Below are positions 1 through 14,374 of a DNA stretch of 64,000 bases, piece by piece. The notes under the pieces were generated by a model. It searched no databases, was not told the DNA's origin, and saw only the letters and a list, made by a program, of their open reading frames with translations. The number at the start of each line of letters is the position of its first letter. Position 1 is the first letter of the stretch. Where the stretch lies: contig JALDZX010000014.1 of the NCBI GenBank assembly GCA_022813865.1, forward strand, positions 62,001-126,000, in the 5' to 3' direction. Made by a program: the position numbers and the translations under genes. The DNA comes from Xylographa opegraphella. Lineage: Eukaryota.

Positions 1-211
1 AAGGGGGTGGTGAGGATCCAGACGGATATCAGGGTCGGGTCGCGGTAAGTGCTGCTTTCTCCCTTTGGTGGTTCGTTGATTATGGGGAAGGGGTGTTTGG
101 GATGGGGGTGGGGGCTGATTGCGGTGTGGTAGGGTTGATAAGGAGCAGAGTTTCGGGGACAAGGTCACGGCGGTGGAGAAGTTGTTAGCGGCGGATGAGG
201 GGGGGGCGTGA
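1..211 (+). CDS. ECM15: 3' end of an ECM15-like / UPF0045 (thiamine-binding protein family) gene, truncated by the window edge
   Basis: Splicing intron 45-132 (GTAAGT..GCTGAT..TAG) gives KGVVRIQTDIRVGSR/VDKEQSFGDKVTAVEKLLAADEGGA*, matching the remembered Ecm15 C-terminus (RIQTDIRVGSRxDK). Confidence 0.75.
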
Positions 212-564
212 GGGTGTGGGGAGGATGGGGAGTGGGTGGGTGCTAGTATTCGACGCTGTGAGGATTGGAAAGGTGGTCTTGAGCCATGGTGACCCGAGAG
301 CACGTAACGCGTGACATCCCAACGGATATAAAGGCGCTGGCGGGGCCACGAGTCTTGATCGTCTACATTAACGAACCAAGAACGCCGGGCATTTCCACAA
401 TAACGCCAGTCATTGACATCGTCGTCCTGTGGTAGTAACCTCCTCTCCACCACGGCCGTAGTGAAGTGGTCCCAACCTTCAGGACTCCTCGCTAGAACGT
501 GGCCAACTATCGAAGCACCTTGACGCCTCAGAGTACCAACACCCCTAATCCCAATCAACCATCA

Positions 565-2259
565 TCAAGCTGGATCTGTATCGAATAGAGCCGCCCCTAG
601 GTCATCCACTCCGATCTCTTCGAGCGGGTGTTGCTCCCCGCCCCTGAGATAGTCAATCACAGCACCCGTGGGAATGTATCTCGGGTGTCCACCGTAATCA
701 AGCTCCGGACGATGTCGCAACCCGAGTTCACAAGCATCCAGACCAAGGTCAAGATATTTCAATTTCTCGATAAAATCAACCCAGTTGCTGTCCATGAAGA
801 ATACATCGTTCAAGCTGAGACGTCTCAGAACTCCGCGGTGACGAGCCTAGTTGACATAAACACTGAGTCAGCATTGCGTTTTTATCAATTCTTTCACCGT
901 TGGAGCACGTTTAACCCTTTCAAGTAGTAGAATACCCTGAGTATTCATGACTTCATTCCGACTTTGTGTAGGAAAATGGGAGATGATAGGAAAAGGGCTG
1001 TCACTTACGGCGAAGTCTAACACGGTGGATTGAAGACAGCGTACGGATGTGAGGCGTAATTCTTGTAAATTTGGAAATGTGAGTTTGTCTTTAACATTGA
1101 AAAGTCAGCACGGCCGCACACTTTCATCTTCCGAGACCATTGGCATACCGAATATATGATTGAGCTGGACGTCATTGCCCGGCCGTCTATATGCACACCG
1201 AAAGTTCAAGTGCAAGAACTCCAAGCCCCTGGAGAAACCAAGTGCCCATTGCAGTCTCGATTGGCACTCGAGATAGTTATCTTGATTTGTTAGCTGGCCT
1301 GGCGCGACCGCCCAAGTATCGTCCTGGTCATCTCCAATTCTGACAGTGAGCTGTATACTCTTCAAATTCTCGAAAAGACGACCGCATCGTCCCACTGATT
1401 CAACCTCGGTTCCGAATAGTTCAGGGGAGAGCCGTAATTCTTCTTGGTCTGTTGGATGTCCAATAGATATAGATCTGACTTGCTGAGCAATATTTGGTGA
1501 GGAAATCGCAGTCAAGAAATCAACAACGCCTTGGTGACACACGTCGTTGTGCGCTCTAGTCCTATCATCCCGCCTCCAAAGAACTCTCGCTTGGGGTGGT
1601 ATCATGTGGATATCTGTCACTCGGCGGTCCGGACGATGAACAATGCTACGATGAAGCGGTATAAATCGAGTTCTTGATCGTCCGCGGATGCTGACATGTA
1701 TCAATTGTGGCATCTTGGCGAAGACATGAGCAAGGCATTCCATATCAGCGTTGCTGTCTCGACATTCCTTTTGCTCGCGATAGTATCTAGCATACGACTG
1801 GAAGCTTTCGCGTGCAAGACCTTTGGTAAGGAGAGTCCCTTCTCCAAAAGCGTACAAGGGAAGTCGTCGCAGCTCGTCAACATAGGAAGTCTTGTCGGTG
1901 ATCAGTGCCTGATCGAACATTCTGCAGTCATAGACCAGTTCGGAAACATGCTTGCTGAAGACAGGGTGGTTGGAAATCGCGACCAGGACGTCTATATCTC
2001 GCCTCGATGACGACAAATATACTGTGGGTATCAAGAACGGGGATGCCGCATAGTTGAAAGCTTTACATACGAGCCTTAGACGTCTAACATCATCGGTTGA
2101 AGCTCCCCGAAAATCACGGATATCGAGGAAGCATTCATGCTTGGAGGCTCTGAATTCCAACGGTGGTGCCACTAATTGCCTGAATATGTTGGTCAGGAGT
2201 TCCGGCGGAATATCGATGGATACATAAGAGATCTCTCGTCTCTCGACTGATAGACGCAT
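565..2259 (-). CDS. F-box domain protein, about 3 exons
   Basis: The N-terminus IPPELLTNIFRQL...VRRLRLVCKAF is F-box-like. Introns at ~1148-1090 and ~1007-847 join DKLTFPNLQELRL (LRR-like) and the 565-813 ORF. Confidence 0.7.
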
Positions 2260-2864
2260 TTTTGATACACTCCCAGCTTGAGAAGATCAATTTGTGGTCA
2301 AGGGGAGAGGAACAGGAGCGTCAGTGCGGAACAAGGAACAGAGTGATAGAGGTGGTATAAATTTCACCGTGCGAAGCTCGATGTCTCAACTAGAAGATAT
2401 GAGAGAAAACGCCTCGAGAATATGTAAAGCACTGATCTAAAGAAGACCAACGTGGACGAGAAAGGCCGGTGTTAGAAATTGAGAGGCTCGCTGCATAACA
2501 AAAGTCGTGCCACGATCGCACCACAAACCTGATCTTCGTGTTAATATGGGCAATTGACAGTACCTAGCATGACCAATATAAGCAGTCTCCATATGTGTTG
2601 GACCAGGCCCGATATGTTTTAGAACTAACGATAGTGATGGTCCGCAGCAAACTCAGGCCGTTATTACTTACACGAACAGCCCACGACAATCTCTGCCAAT
2701 GAGAAGCCACTCCCGGATCAACATTTTCCCGCGCAAGGACTTCGCTGAAGAGGCGCGCTAAACAGAATCGCGTCACGTATATTGGACTACAATTCAAAGA
2801 ACCACTTTACCATTACACACACCACTATCATCCCAACCATCTCTACATTCCAGGGGATCTCACA

Positions 2865-3636
2865 ATGCTCGCGGCCAGTGTACGACCATCCTTTCTTGAT
2901 TTTATGCCAACCAGACCATCTCCGTTGTCAAATCGCGATCCTAATGCTTGCCACCGTACTTCCATTTACTCCACGAACATGGCCAACTCCACAAACGACG
3001 CGTGCAAGCCAGGCCTCCCAAAGCGGCAATCAAAGTATGCAACGCTGGTTAGAAATAGAGAGACCGAGAACGTGAAGCGGCGAAATCAGTTCTTTAAGAA
3101 GGTGAGGCAGAATGGGGAGGATCGAAGTTGGGAAGTGCGGGGCGAGCAGGTACGATATGGTAAGATGTCCCACAACTCATCAAGTTACTAATCGCTTCAC
3201 TCCTTCAAGATATTAAGGACGGACTTCCTATCCCGCCAGAAGCAGTGGGAAGAGGAGCAGGCACGTCGGGCAAGGGAATTGGCGGCGAGTCCGGAAGACG
3301 AGGACATGGTAGCGGGGGAGGTACCCGATAGTTCGCAAGGTCAATCCCAAAGTATTCCGAAAAGTCGACCAGCGCTTTCTAACCAAGCGTACAGATGTCG
3401 ATCTTGTTGAGCAATTTCTCTCCCAGGAACACCAAGACCTCCAAGCAACAATTTCCATGCTTGACAATGAGCGGCAGCACAAACCAGCCCAAACTGCGAC
3501 GACCGATTATGGGAGCGAAGATGAAGAATATGATCAGTTCTTGATGGACATTGTACAACAAGTCGAGCAGGAAGTCACTGGTGCCGTTGCTGCAGAGCAA
3601 CCTCAGGACCTGGAGATGGATTTTGTTATGGACTAA
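2865..3636 (+). CDS. Hypothetical protein with a basic N-terminal and acidic C-terminal half, about 3 exons
   Basis: ORF 2865 runs to a GTACGA donor at ~3150. Downstream exons read ILRTDFLSRQKQWEEEQ... and ...DYGSEDEEYDQFLMDI...EMDFVMD* (stop at 3636). Confidence 0.65.
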
Positions 3637-3830
3637 TATCAGCTCTTTTCGACGTATATCGGATCTTCCATTCAGTATGAATGTTATGTCTGTGGCCGAA
3701 GGAGAACCACGGTACCGTCGTTCGCTTTGTAGGCGATTGTCGGCGAGTCTACGATTACGCATCGATTGAGGGATTTCAATGCATACCAGCGGTGTCACAA
3801 GGAGGCGCTTAGCCCCAGGAATCTTTGCTT

Positions 3831-4860
3831 TTATTGTTGAGGACATCCTTGGTCCAAGTCCCCAAGCGCATCTTGTGCGTCTTTCATATCGCCCACCAAG
3901 CCTGCCGGTGGACTACCGGCGGCTTGCATCTAAGGGAGCATTAGTCAGATATGAAAACGATCAGTTTTGAAGAACCTCACCTTTTGCATACGCTCCACAA
4001 TAAATTCTCTGTCCGCAGCGTTGTCATCCGAGTATCCTTTCCCCTCGAACCTGCCCACAATCTCTCCAACAAGCCGCTGCTGCTCCTCGTATCTCTCCAA
4101 ATCTTCTTTCGGCGTCTTCGCCCTATTCTTACTCATCCAATCGGGGTACTTATCGTGCAGTTCTTTCATCGGCTCATACAAAATCTCCTTGTTCGTTAAT
4201 TGCTCCATCATTCCCATCAGCATCTTCGAGAAGTCTTCTTCGCCTGCCCCATCCATCCCTTCGCCTTGCATCTGTTGCAGCATCTGCGCCAGGATATCCG
4301 CCCCCTCATCCGAAGTTGCTGCTGCGGTGGCTTGTTCTCCGGACGCCTGCATCCGCTCCATCGTCTTTCTGATGGTTTCTTGAAATGTCTCTTCTGGTGC
4401 GGTAGATGCTCCTACAGCAGCTCCACTCTTCGCTGTGACATGCGCGCCTTCTTCAGGTGGAACAATCTCCCCACCGGCGCCGAGCTCTTTCATCATTGCC
4501 TCCATCTGCTGCCGCATTTCAGGCGACTCGTCAATCTCGCCCAATAGAGAAGCCATTTGCTCCTGTAGCTGCTTATTGAAATCATCTGGAATTTCTTCGA
4601 CACCTTGGCCTAAGGACGAAGTGGCTGGCCTGCCGGGGCCTGAAGCTGTGGGGCCATCTTGCTTCGTGTCCAGCTTTGTGGCGGAGAACTCATCGAGCAT
4701 ATCTACAACGCGAAATTAGCACGTCATTCAACATAGTTTCTGACAAGAGGAGTAAAAGACCATCCAATTCATCGAGATCATCGTCCTCCGGGTCTGGGAC
4801 TTCGTCAACCGCTTGCGGGCTTGCGCTGGAAGCTGCCGGCGCATCTTTTGGGTTCTCCAT
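3831..4860 (-). CDS. PEX19: Peroxin-19, receptor/chaperone for peroxisomal membrane proteins
   Basis: N-terminal PDPEDDDLDELD and core MMEQLTNKEILYEPMKELHDKYPDW. The spliced last exon MQAAGSPP...DQGCPQQ* ends in a CaaX farnesylation motif. Confidence 0.95.
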
Positions 4861-5329
4861 GCTGAATCAGTATTTACGCCTTCTCGAGTATGAGAAGAGT
4901 GGGGTAGGTCCAAATGTCTTCTTTGTTGTTTGCCGAATTTCCCATAACGCTGCCCATTCATGACCTTAAGAAAACATGTCGTATGCAGTGCATCAGGCGC
5001 CTGCCGAGGCATTCTGCCCGTGCACGGCATTGTGCAAGTGCCATAGGACTAGTCCTACTGGGACCGGCCCGCCGCTCATCATTGCCTTAGTGGGGTTCCG
5101 GAAGATCCTTTTCGCGGCTTCTCACATAGGTCTTCTCGTCTACAAGAAACTCAGCCTGGACCCGTATTGTGAACCCAACCGTTACATCTCTTCTTAAAGA
5201 TTTTATCCCTGGCTTCTGTAGATAAAGCCTGAGATAGCGTCACCATATCAACAGCGGGGATTCGCCGTCTTGTGCTTCCTCACCCTTGTGACGTTCTGTA
5301 GCTGTCTGGGCCCGTAATAAAACTAAATA

Positions 5330-5993
5330 ATGTCGTTGTGCCAGAATCGTCTGCAGGAGGAGCGGTAAGGATGAAGCGCATGCTCTACTTTGGTATCAGT
5401 ACACCGCTAATAGGGTCATGCGATCAGGAAACAGTGGCGAAAGGATCATCCTTTCGGATTCTTCGCTAAGCCTGTAAGGACCTCGAATGGCGTATTAGAC
5501 CTTAAAAAATGGGAGTGTGGTATACCCGGGAAAGACAAGACGCTGTGGGAAGGTGGTCTGTTCAAACTGGATCTTATATTCCCCGATGGTATGGTGCACG
5601 TCTTACATTCCTCGTACAATATATGAGGGATCTGAGCTGACTAGTTTCCAGAATACCCCACCAAACCTCCTAAATGTATCCTGCACACGCCTTTCCCTCC
5701 ACATCCATCTCTGGGATAGTAATATCTGACAGCAAGCAGGCAAATTCGTCCCCCCACTCTTCCATCCCAATGTCTACCCATCTGGCACTGTGTGCTTAAG
5801 CATCTTGAACGAAGACGAGGGATGGAAACCTGCCATCACGATAAAGGCAATATTGCTGGGGATCCAAGATCTACTCGACGACGCTAATCCGGACTCACCC
5901 GCGCAAGCGGAAGCATACAATCTCTTCAAGAAAGATCGCGCCGCCTACGAGAAGAAGGTCCGTCAGATCGTACGAGATAATCCGGCACCCTGA
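5330..5993 (+). CDS. UBC9: SUMO-conjugating enzyme E2 Ubc9/Hus5, 4 exons
   Basis: Spliced translation [27 protein letters not shown]...WECGIPGK...[16 protein letters not shown]...WKPAITIK. Confidence 0.97.
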
Positions 5994-6848
5994 TACGCTT
6001 GGATGCGTTGGTATGGAGCAATGATCTCTTCAGAGGCACTCTGATTGTGCTGTTCATGAAAAGAGAATAATGATACACATGAGCTTTCCGTGCATGGGGA
6101 AGGTTGGGTATGGAGTCAAGCATCAGATTTGACGATCCAGAACGGATCGTGACGGGTAGAAGCGGAAGAAGAAACCCTCCAAGGCTCACGAGCTATGGAG
6201 TACTTCTACTCTTCCTTGTTCGCAGCGATGGGGAGAATATTCGAAAGCTAGGTCCGCTCTTCAAGGGCATTGATAGAACATCAGATTTGCATCGGAAAAA
6301 TTATCTACATAGACACGTTCCGATCGTTGACCACCTGAGATCGGGCACCAAATAAACACATGAAGGCTACGCCTAGGTCTCCCTTGTTTGTGCGCACTGA
6401 GTTGTACCAGACGAAACGACATAACAGGGAACTAACTAGCTGATTGACCCTCTGGTTGCGCCCATTTACTCGCGTTGTCCTATTAATCATTAATCCGTAC
6501 GAAACTGTATTAGCATCAGTAAACAATCTACTTCTAGAATTCGGTTCGCCCATCATAATTTCTAGGGAAAATTCCTAAGTTTACATCAGAAAGTGTCCAG
6601 GTGTATTTCGTAGACCGAGTTTTGGATGAAAAAGCCGGATGCACGTGACCGTTGTCATTGTCGTGCGAGTCTGGTGGTAATGATTAAGTTCCCAGGCGGC
6701 AGCCCTTCGCGTTATCCCTGTTGTGCCCGTATCGGATAAACTTTAGCGATCATCCGCGTTATTGCAGGCGAAAGCTGCTGAGAGGGAAAGAGGCGTACCA
6801 AAAGCTCTATATCTCGTGTTCCATCCATGCGCGGTTCACTTAAGACTT

Positions 6849-8877
6849 ATGATGCCAGCGTAAGTCGTTGCCTGTCCCTGAAGGGCAATGCTGATGTTAG
6901 CCAGTCCCGGTGAACAGCATAAGGCTTCTACTGCGTCCGCAAACCCATTCGAAGAAACGAGGCCCCATATCAACGAGTACACTGCGCAAGAGGTTGCCAC
7001 ACTGCAAAGCCGGCTGGAGAAGCAGCTTGGGCCGGAGTATATTTCGTCACGGCCTGGTGCTGGTGGGCAGAAGGTACATTACTTGGCTGCGGAGAAATGT
7101 ATAAATCTGGCCAATGAGGTCTTTGGCTTCAATGGATGGTCGAGTGGTATACGAGATGTGACTGTGGATTTTGTGAGAACATCGGAATGGCCGCGGGGGG
7201 GAACGGTATGGCTGATGAGTGAATAGATTGACGAGAGTCAAAGTACGGGGAAAATAACGTTGGGTCTCTCAGTCATTGTCCGAGTCACCTTGAGAGATGG
7301 CACTTATCATGAGGTTGGAATTGTCGTATTCTATCTCCCCCAAAGTCAAAGCTTATCGTGCGACAGGATATTGGCTATGGTCACATAGAGAACTGCAAAG
7401 GAAAAGCGGCAGCTTTTGAGAAAGCTAAAAAGGAGGGTACTACAGATGCCCTAAAGCGGGCTCTTCGAAATTTTGGAAATATACTCGGGAACTGTATCTA
7501 TGACAAGGACTATCTAGCAAGAGTCACAAAATTGAAGATAGCTCCGGTAGGGCTTTCTCCATCATCAGGGTCTATCAAAACTAACGCATAAGCAGTCCAA
7601 GTGGGACTCGGAGAATCTTCATAGACATGTTGATTACGCTCCAATCAAGAGAGAGTCTATTGCGGATGCTGATGAGTCTAGGCTCTCGAACAGTGATAGC
7701 TGTAAGTATCAGCTTCTGTCGTCTTATATTTCTAACAATTGCATTTTAGCTACCACCAAAGAGAACGATGATGAATTTGGCGGTAGGAACCATATGCCAC
7801 CAGACAGATGATCTGATAACTGACCTTTACAGGGGCTGATTTTGATGAAGCCGATTTCAACGTGACCAGTGGAGAGCATCCTGACGAGATCATGCTTGAT
7901 GTACAAAACAACTCCGCCCAGTTTTCTCGAAATACTAGCCCTATCAAAAACAGCCCACTTCCACCTTTTCAAAATACGAACAACAACAGTAATGTGAACC
8001 AGCCCAGACCGCCGCCTGCGAGGATGCAGTCTATGCCACCCGCAAATACAAATGGATCACCTAACTTTGCAATGGCATCAGTTTCCAACAATCCGAACAC
8101 AATGAGACAACCTATCAACCATCACCATAATCAGACCAATATGCATCGAGGACCTCAATCTAACCCGCAAACAGCACATTTGAACCGTCCACAAGGACCA
8201 ACTCATTTCCCCGCTCAGCCCTCGAATACTGCAGCAGGACAGCCCGGGGGCCCGCCTCACCGTCATCAAGATCCATCACCTACCGGAAACCAGACTCTTG
8301 ACCCAACACCACCATTGAGATCTTCTGGCCCCATAGAAACAGACCAACCCGTGGGTTTCTTCACGGCCAGAGCAGCCGAGTCACTCCAGAAAGCGGTTGG
8401 TGTCCCTCCAAATATTCCCCAATTCAACCCACACGCCGAAAGCCCATCAATACGTAAAACGGCAGGCGTCGACCATACAAAGACAAAGCCTGTCAGCAGA
8501 GAGATGATGGGTGCAGGAGCTCCATCCGTGCCACCAATAAAAGCAAACTTTGTCAATCCGCAGGCGGACCAGGCTCGCAAGATCGGCATGCCGAACACCG
8601 CCGGAAGCCCTCTTCAGAATCGGAGCTCTTACAAGCCACCGCAAATGACGATGAAGCGGCCAGCGGACAACAGCGGGCAACAGTGAGTGAAGTGCCACGT
8701 TTGTGATTGATGCTGTGAGACTGACACCCGCGCAGGTTCGGCCATGCTCCCCTCAAGGATATCACCGCTTTCTCCGCCAACGCACCACTCGATACTGGTG
8801 GAGGAGGCAATAAACGGCCGAAGGTGGCATCCAACTGCCAGAGCGTCGGCGCTGAACCAAATGTTTCAGCAAATTGA
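6849..8877 (+). CDS. RAD52: DNA repair/recombination protein Rad52/Rad22, multi-exon
   Basis: [33 protein letters not shown] and [31 protein letters not shown], followed by a long disordered C-terminus. The last exon ends at TGA 8875-8877. Confidence 0.96.
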
Positions 8878-10372
8878 TATTTGGGCTCCTTTCGGGACTC
8901 TACGTACTGCATTAGCGTTGGTGCTCCGGCGTTGCTTTTCCCACGAGGCCTTTGTGAAGGCTAGCAAGATAAAGCGCTCTGTCCTTCCTTTCTTGGGCCA
9001 TCTCTCTTTTTGTACTCATGACGAGACACCGCGCTGTACCGGTTTGCGGAGTGCCTAGCTTGGGTTCCATCAAGGTCTCGGAACGGCTTTCGGTAGATTC
9101 TGATATGGCTGAGCGAAATGACCTTATCATTCTGGTACCACCTTCGTACCACGCTTTTGCGGACCTTGTTCTGCCCTGCCTGGGATCGGGTCCATTGCTG
9201 TTAAAAATTCAGTCCCAGTCTCTACATTCGTCGCTCTTGCTCCTTCCTATCCACTCTGTCCCTTTCGAACAATTAATAATTCCTTGCATGCCAATGCCAA
9301 AACCCCATCCCAACAAGTCCCTCCTACCAACATGCCTTGCCGAGATTTTCTTCCCTCGATTTCTCAGCAGAGGCCGTCTGCTCCGCTTCACTTCCCTCGA
9401 TATATTGCTACATGCATTTAACTACCAGTAGGCCCATATCGTAGCTTTCCCTTCCCTCGAAAGGCTCTTGCACGTAGTCGTCGTAAGAATAATCTCTTCA
9501 AGGGTCTTAGGATCGACGACGATGGTAGTCGCCTCGATGATCGCATTCGGAGCGCGCATAGAAAGTGATAAGGAACGGTATCAATGGATGTGGAGCGATA
9601 GATTTTGGGGTTGGATGATAAATCACGAGGTGGATAGTAGCGGCCTCTGACGCCAACGTAAGGTATAATGGAGAAGGAAGTCTTGAGAAGCATTGAAGAA
9701 AGAATCAGAGGTTCTTACAACGAGGGTCTTATTGGTAGGAGAGATATAGATAGGGAAGTAGTTTAATTGTGAGACAATCCAGGCTGGTTCTACAGGTCAA
9801 TCGACTCCGCACTGTCGCCACGTTCTAGTCAAATCTGAGTTCATACTGGCACGGGATATGCTCGAAGCAAACTCTTGTTATGAGCCAGTCCAAGTATCTA
9901 AAGTCTATCAACTTTTGTCGCTATGTCGAATGGACCGAAATCATGCTTCTGATGGAAATAAAAGGGGAAAGAAGTGCAAGTCGCGATGCTCCGCCACTGA
10001 TGTGAGCTAAGCTGGTCAAAAAGATGACTGGCGAAGATCCATGATGCCGATGGCGTCGATACTTGATCGTGAGCAAAGTATGAAGAACATAGCAGAGATG
10101 CTGGAGCAACCGGGGAAACGTGCAAAGATTGGGAAAAGTTGGAAAATGCTCAGTGTTCGCTGGCTACTGTAGCCCAACTGTCGGAAGGCTTCGGTATGAT
10201 TCCAGTGAACCAGTAGAGATGATGCTACTAGTCAATGTGAGTCAAGGTTGAAGGATTGTCCTGAGCTTGCTGATAAATGAGACATTCAAATCATCATGAA
10301 TTGGAAGATGAACATGAATTCTGGATTCGACTCGAGCTCGAACGTGAGAGTAGTTACGTCAGGCCAAGATCA

Positions 10373-13300
10373 TCACAAACAGTGATGATGTACTGACTCC
10401 CAAGGATTCTTTGATCTGCTTCTCGCGAGGTTGCTGCTTGCAGACTCCGGTACTGAGACAAGGGAAGGATTAAAAGGCTGGTTTTCTAAGTTAGTTGTCG
10501 GCGTGTTATTTGAAATGCCGTACTGTGCTCTCGCAGCCGCACCTGGGTCGTTTTGTAATGCTCGGGCTTGAAGGATAAATTCTGGCACATTCGGAGTCTG
10601 CTGTGCTTGCGGACGCTGATAATTGGTGAACAGAGTATTAGTGTCATTCAGTCCTAGATCAGCAGAAGTACTAAGTCTTGATGGTCCTGCAGCACTACCT
10701 CTCAATAATTGTGAGTGATCGCTGCTGGACCAATGGTTCTTAGTGCTTCTAAGCTCTCGCGCTGACAGATTGGTATACGAAGCAGGAACACTGGTTTCAC
10801 GAGCTGTGCTTCTTCTTGATTTAAAGAAGCCGTTCGCCTCAGTAGCTGTACTCCAGCGTGATGCACTGACATCTCCACCGAGAGCGGTACCAGTAGCCAT
10901 GGCAGTCATCAAACCTGTACCCAGGAGAGTTGATGGTAAGGCACTTGAAGATGTACTCCACTGAGATGCATCTACCCCTACACTAATAGGTGTTGCAGTT
11001 GGCAAATGTACCGCGGCATTTGAGGCTTCTGTGAGCGTTGAAGATATGCTGCGTGTGGCTACACTACATATGGAGCTATCGACAATGCCACATAGAGCTG
11101 ATGCTGTCGACAAAGGAGCTGCTGTGTCTGAACTTGTACACAATGTTGAGGGCGCAATTCTCGTGGCCATGGTTGAAGTAGCCTCAGAATCGCGGGTCAC
11201 AGTGCAATGGCTTGGGAGACGCTGTGCACTAGGCGAAATAGTAATTTGTGAGCTAGAGCTGGTACCTGCTCTTGGACGTGAACGTGCAATGGGCGATTCG
11301 CGAGCATAATTAACACGAGGCGCGGATTGTGTCGAAGAAGCCAAAGCCTGTGAGAAAATAGTTACCGAATCATTGTTTGGGACAATAGGTCTCTGGACGG
11401 CATCAACGGTATTATTGCCGGTCGCTGCTGGGCATGAAGTCAAGCCAGTGGAATTTGGTTCTGGACGATGAAAACTGGTGCTCTCGGATCCGTGAGACAA
11501 AGTTACAGCCGCTGAACTCTGCGGCTGGATCGGGGCAACCGATACAGAGTCTACAATATCTCTAGTACGAGAGCCGGGATTTGTCTCATCCTGTGGCGCA
11601 TAAGCATACAGATCTTGAGAGCCATGGCCAGTCTGCTGATTCTCTTGCTGGTAATGATCAATTTTGCTCTTCCCATGTGCTGCTTTCTCAGCGAAAACTT
11701 GATCACCATGACTAGAGAATTTCAGCTCCTGAAGATTTGACTTGCGATTCTGACCACGCATCACAATGTTATTAGCGACCTCATTTTGAGTCAAGGTGGT
11801 TCTTGGAGTGTAGAGTGGTGCAGTCTGTTCATTTCGATTTCCGACTGGCAACAGATACTCGCCCAGATTGGTCATAGATAGTCTCACTCGAGTAGATGGT
11901 ACTGGCTGATATACGACGCTGGGATCATGGTGTAAGGATTGCTCCAAGTCTCTCATCATGACAGAAGATACCTCTCTCTCTCGGGTAATCACACCATTTG
12001 TCCACTGGTCCTGCATAAGCCGTAAACGCGTTGAAAGATTCCCGCTCTGGGATAAAGTGGAGCCGCGGTGGCTGGACGTTGTGATCTTCGGCTGACTTAC
12101 GGCAGAGCTTGCGCTGCTCTTTAGAGGGGAGGAGAGCTCGATGTCAGTTCCTTGAGTATCTCCGCCAGAGCATGCCGTAGCACGGTCTGTACATTCAGCT
12201 TCGACTTGGATATGTGTTGATGAATCGTCGAATGAACACGAAGTCTCCACTCCACTTCGTGTGGATATTACAGCATTAGATTCCCGAAGCTTTTTAATCG
12301 CGTTTTGGAGGTCAGTAATAGCCTCTGTTACGGAAGGAATAGAGGACAATCCAGAGAGTTCTCGGAGCGTGTTCAGTAGGATTTGCGCATTCGACAAATC
12401 TATAGTCTGCTCGGTGGTAGATTGAACCTGCTCACTTGAGCTTCGATCTGCTTCAGCGTGCTCATCTTCCGCTGCTACTTCTTCGACCTTGACACTGGGT
12501 GGTACATCAATGTTGAGCCCGATCAGGTCATCTGAATACGTGCCGGTTGATATGTTTCCTTGTGGCGCGGGTGGAGGAGTAAGTACACGCACACCATAAG
12601 GAGCTGAATCAATTTCTGGAGAGAATATAATCTCTGGCGGTGCTACAGACGGTCAGCGATTGACGCGCTAGGTACATAGGTCAGTGGGCACGCACCTATA
12701 ATCTTATGTTCAGTACCGGGCGTCTTGACACTGATCGAGTCAGATGAATCCTTTATGGTTGACTTGACTATTTCTTCCACGGTCGTCGTTGACGTGCCTT
12801 CAACATGAATCTCAGCCGATCCAGAAGTCACATCACCAAGTCTTGGTGTGTAAAGATGAGCCATCGCGGACATGAAGTCACTTGGATTTACCAGGTTAGG
12901 CGAGGCACGCGTAGGCCTGTAACACGTCAGCGGCGTCCAATGTCTGGGTCTGGAATATTTACCGAGTCGTTGATAGTCTCACAACACTTGCCCGGTCTGT
13001 CATAGCACCTGACCAGCGCTGACTTCTGGTCGAACTGGAAGGCGCGTCTATAGGCAATGATGATGCTCTACCAACCGAGACGTCAAAATCTAATGATCCA
13101 GCGGATTTGCTAATATCTGCTCTACTACCACGGCCACGTGGGCTGGCAGAGGCTCTTGGCCTGGCACGATGGCGTGGACACGGCAATGAAGCCCCAGGAT
13201 TTGTAACCATTGGCACGGCGAGCGACTGGGTGACTGTGTTGCCTTGATTTCCTTGCCGGTTAGATACCTGAGATGCGAGCCGTTGGTGCGAAGATGACAC

Positions 13301-13892
13301 TGTCCGATCACCTCGACCTCGAGTGCCGATAACACCACCACCACGACCATTTCCCCGAGCATGGCCACCTTGACCACCACCACGGCTCCCGGCGACCGGT
13401 GGTGCTTGTTGTAGCATCTGCAACATACGAGTGCGGTGTTCCTGGCCTTTGGATAGATCTGCTTTTCCATCGTCCGCTCCATCATCTCTCAGCTTGACAT
13501 ATGCAGCTTTTTGAGTCAGCTTAAGAACCATTTTCGCGGAAACCACGATATACTTACTGTCCCACGCCTCTAGCTGGCTTTTAACCTCTTGCGCAGCAGC
13601 ATACTCTGCTGTCCCCGGTTGCCTGAATGCTCGTCCTCGCTCGAGAGCCGCCACATTGATAGGAAGGGAATTTCGTGCAGAATCGGCTGCGGTAACGAAG
13701 CTGGCTCGATCAAGACCCAGATCGCTCTTGTAAGACACGTCAGCGAGGGATAATATGGCAATCTACATGAGAATCTCGTACCAACATAAGATGCGCCTTT
13801 TCTGCTGCATGATCCTCCTCCGAATCCTCAATCTGAGCTTGAGGGCGTGCTCGTTCCTTGTTCCGGGAACTCTGTCCGCCGTTTTGATTCAT
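10373..13892 (-). CDS. Large Ser/Thr-rich, probably disordered hypothetical protein with an RGG-like segment, about 4 exons
   Basis: ORFs 13740-, 12959-13738, 12643-12873 and 10373-12592 can be joined by short GT..GCTGAC..AG introns, e.g. ~12695-12643. The start codon is uncertain. Confidence 0.6.
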
Positions 13893-14374
13893 GGTTGCTA
13901 AATCCGTGGACTTGCCTCCCGAATGATCGTCGTTATTTAAAAATTTAGGTACCAGCATTCTAACCAGTGTTCGATAATGTTTGTTACTCTGCGAGCCCCG
14001 GTCGCCTGAGGTCATCCCTCAGGGCAATGGAGCACAAGGGAAAGTATGAGAGGAGCAATGACTATCACAGGCAAGGGATAGCTTTTGTATGATAAGGTAT
14101 CGGGATGTGTGTAAAGAAGGGAGATTGAAGGCGAGCTTGCAGATGCGGGAAATAAAAGAATCCGTGTTGTGTTTGGAGATTGAGAAGGTCCAAGCACCGG
14201 TTACCTGACCTTACCTCATCTGCGCGAGAAAGGACAGACACTTAGCGAGAACCCAATTCACTCCGGTAACTTGGTCCCGCTAAGCCCTAAAGCTCTCCAG
14301 ACCCTGGAAGTCGGGGTGGATGTTGGGACGAAACAGTGTTATACAAAGAGCGGGAGGGAAGTGAAGGGGCAAAG

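Noticed and set aside
9018..9693. Short ORFs between RAD52 and the disordered gene, including a 45-aa MRAPNAII... frame
   Set aside because: No motif, and no way to choose among the competing frames from sequence alone.
12643..12645. Apparent premature stop splitting the 10.4-13.9 kb gene
   Set aside because: The TAG is the acceptor of a GTGCGT..GCTGAC..TAG intron, and splicing restores the frame.
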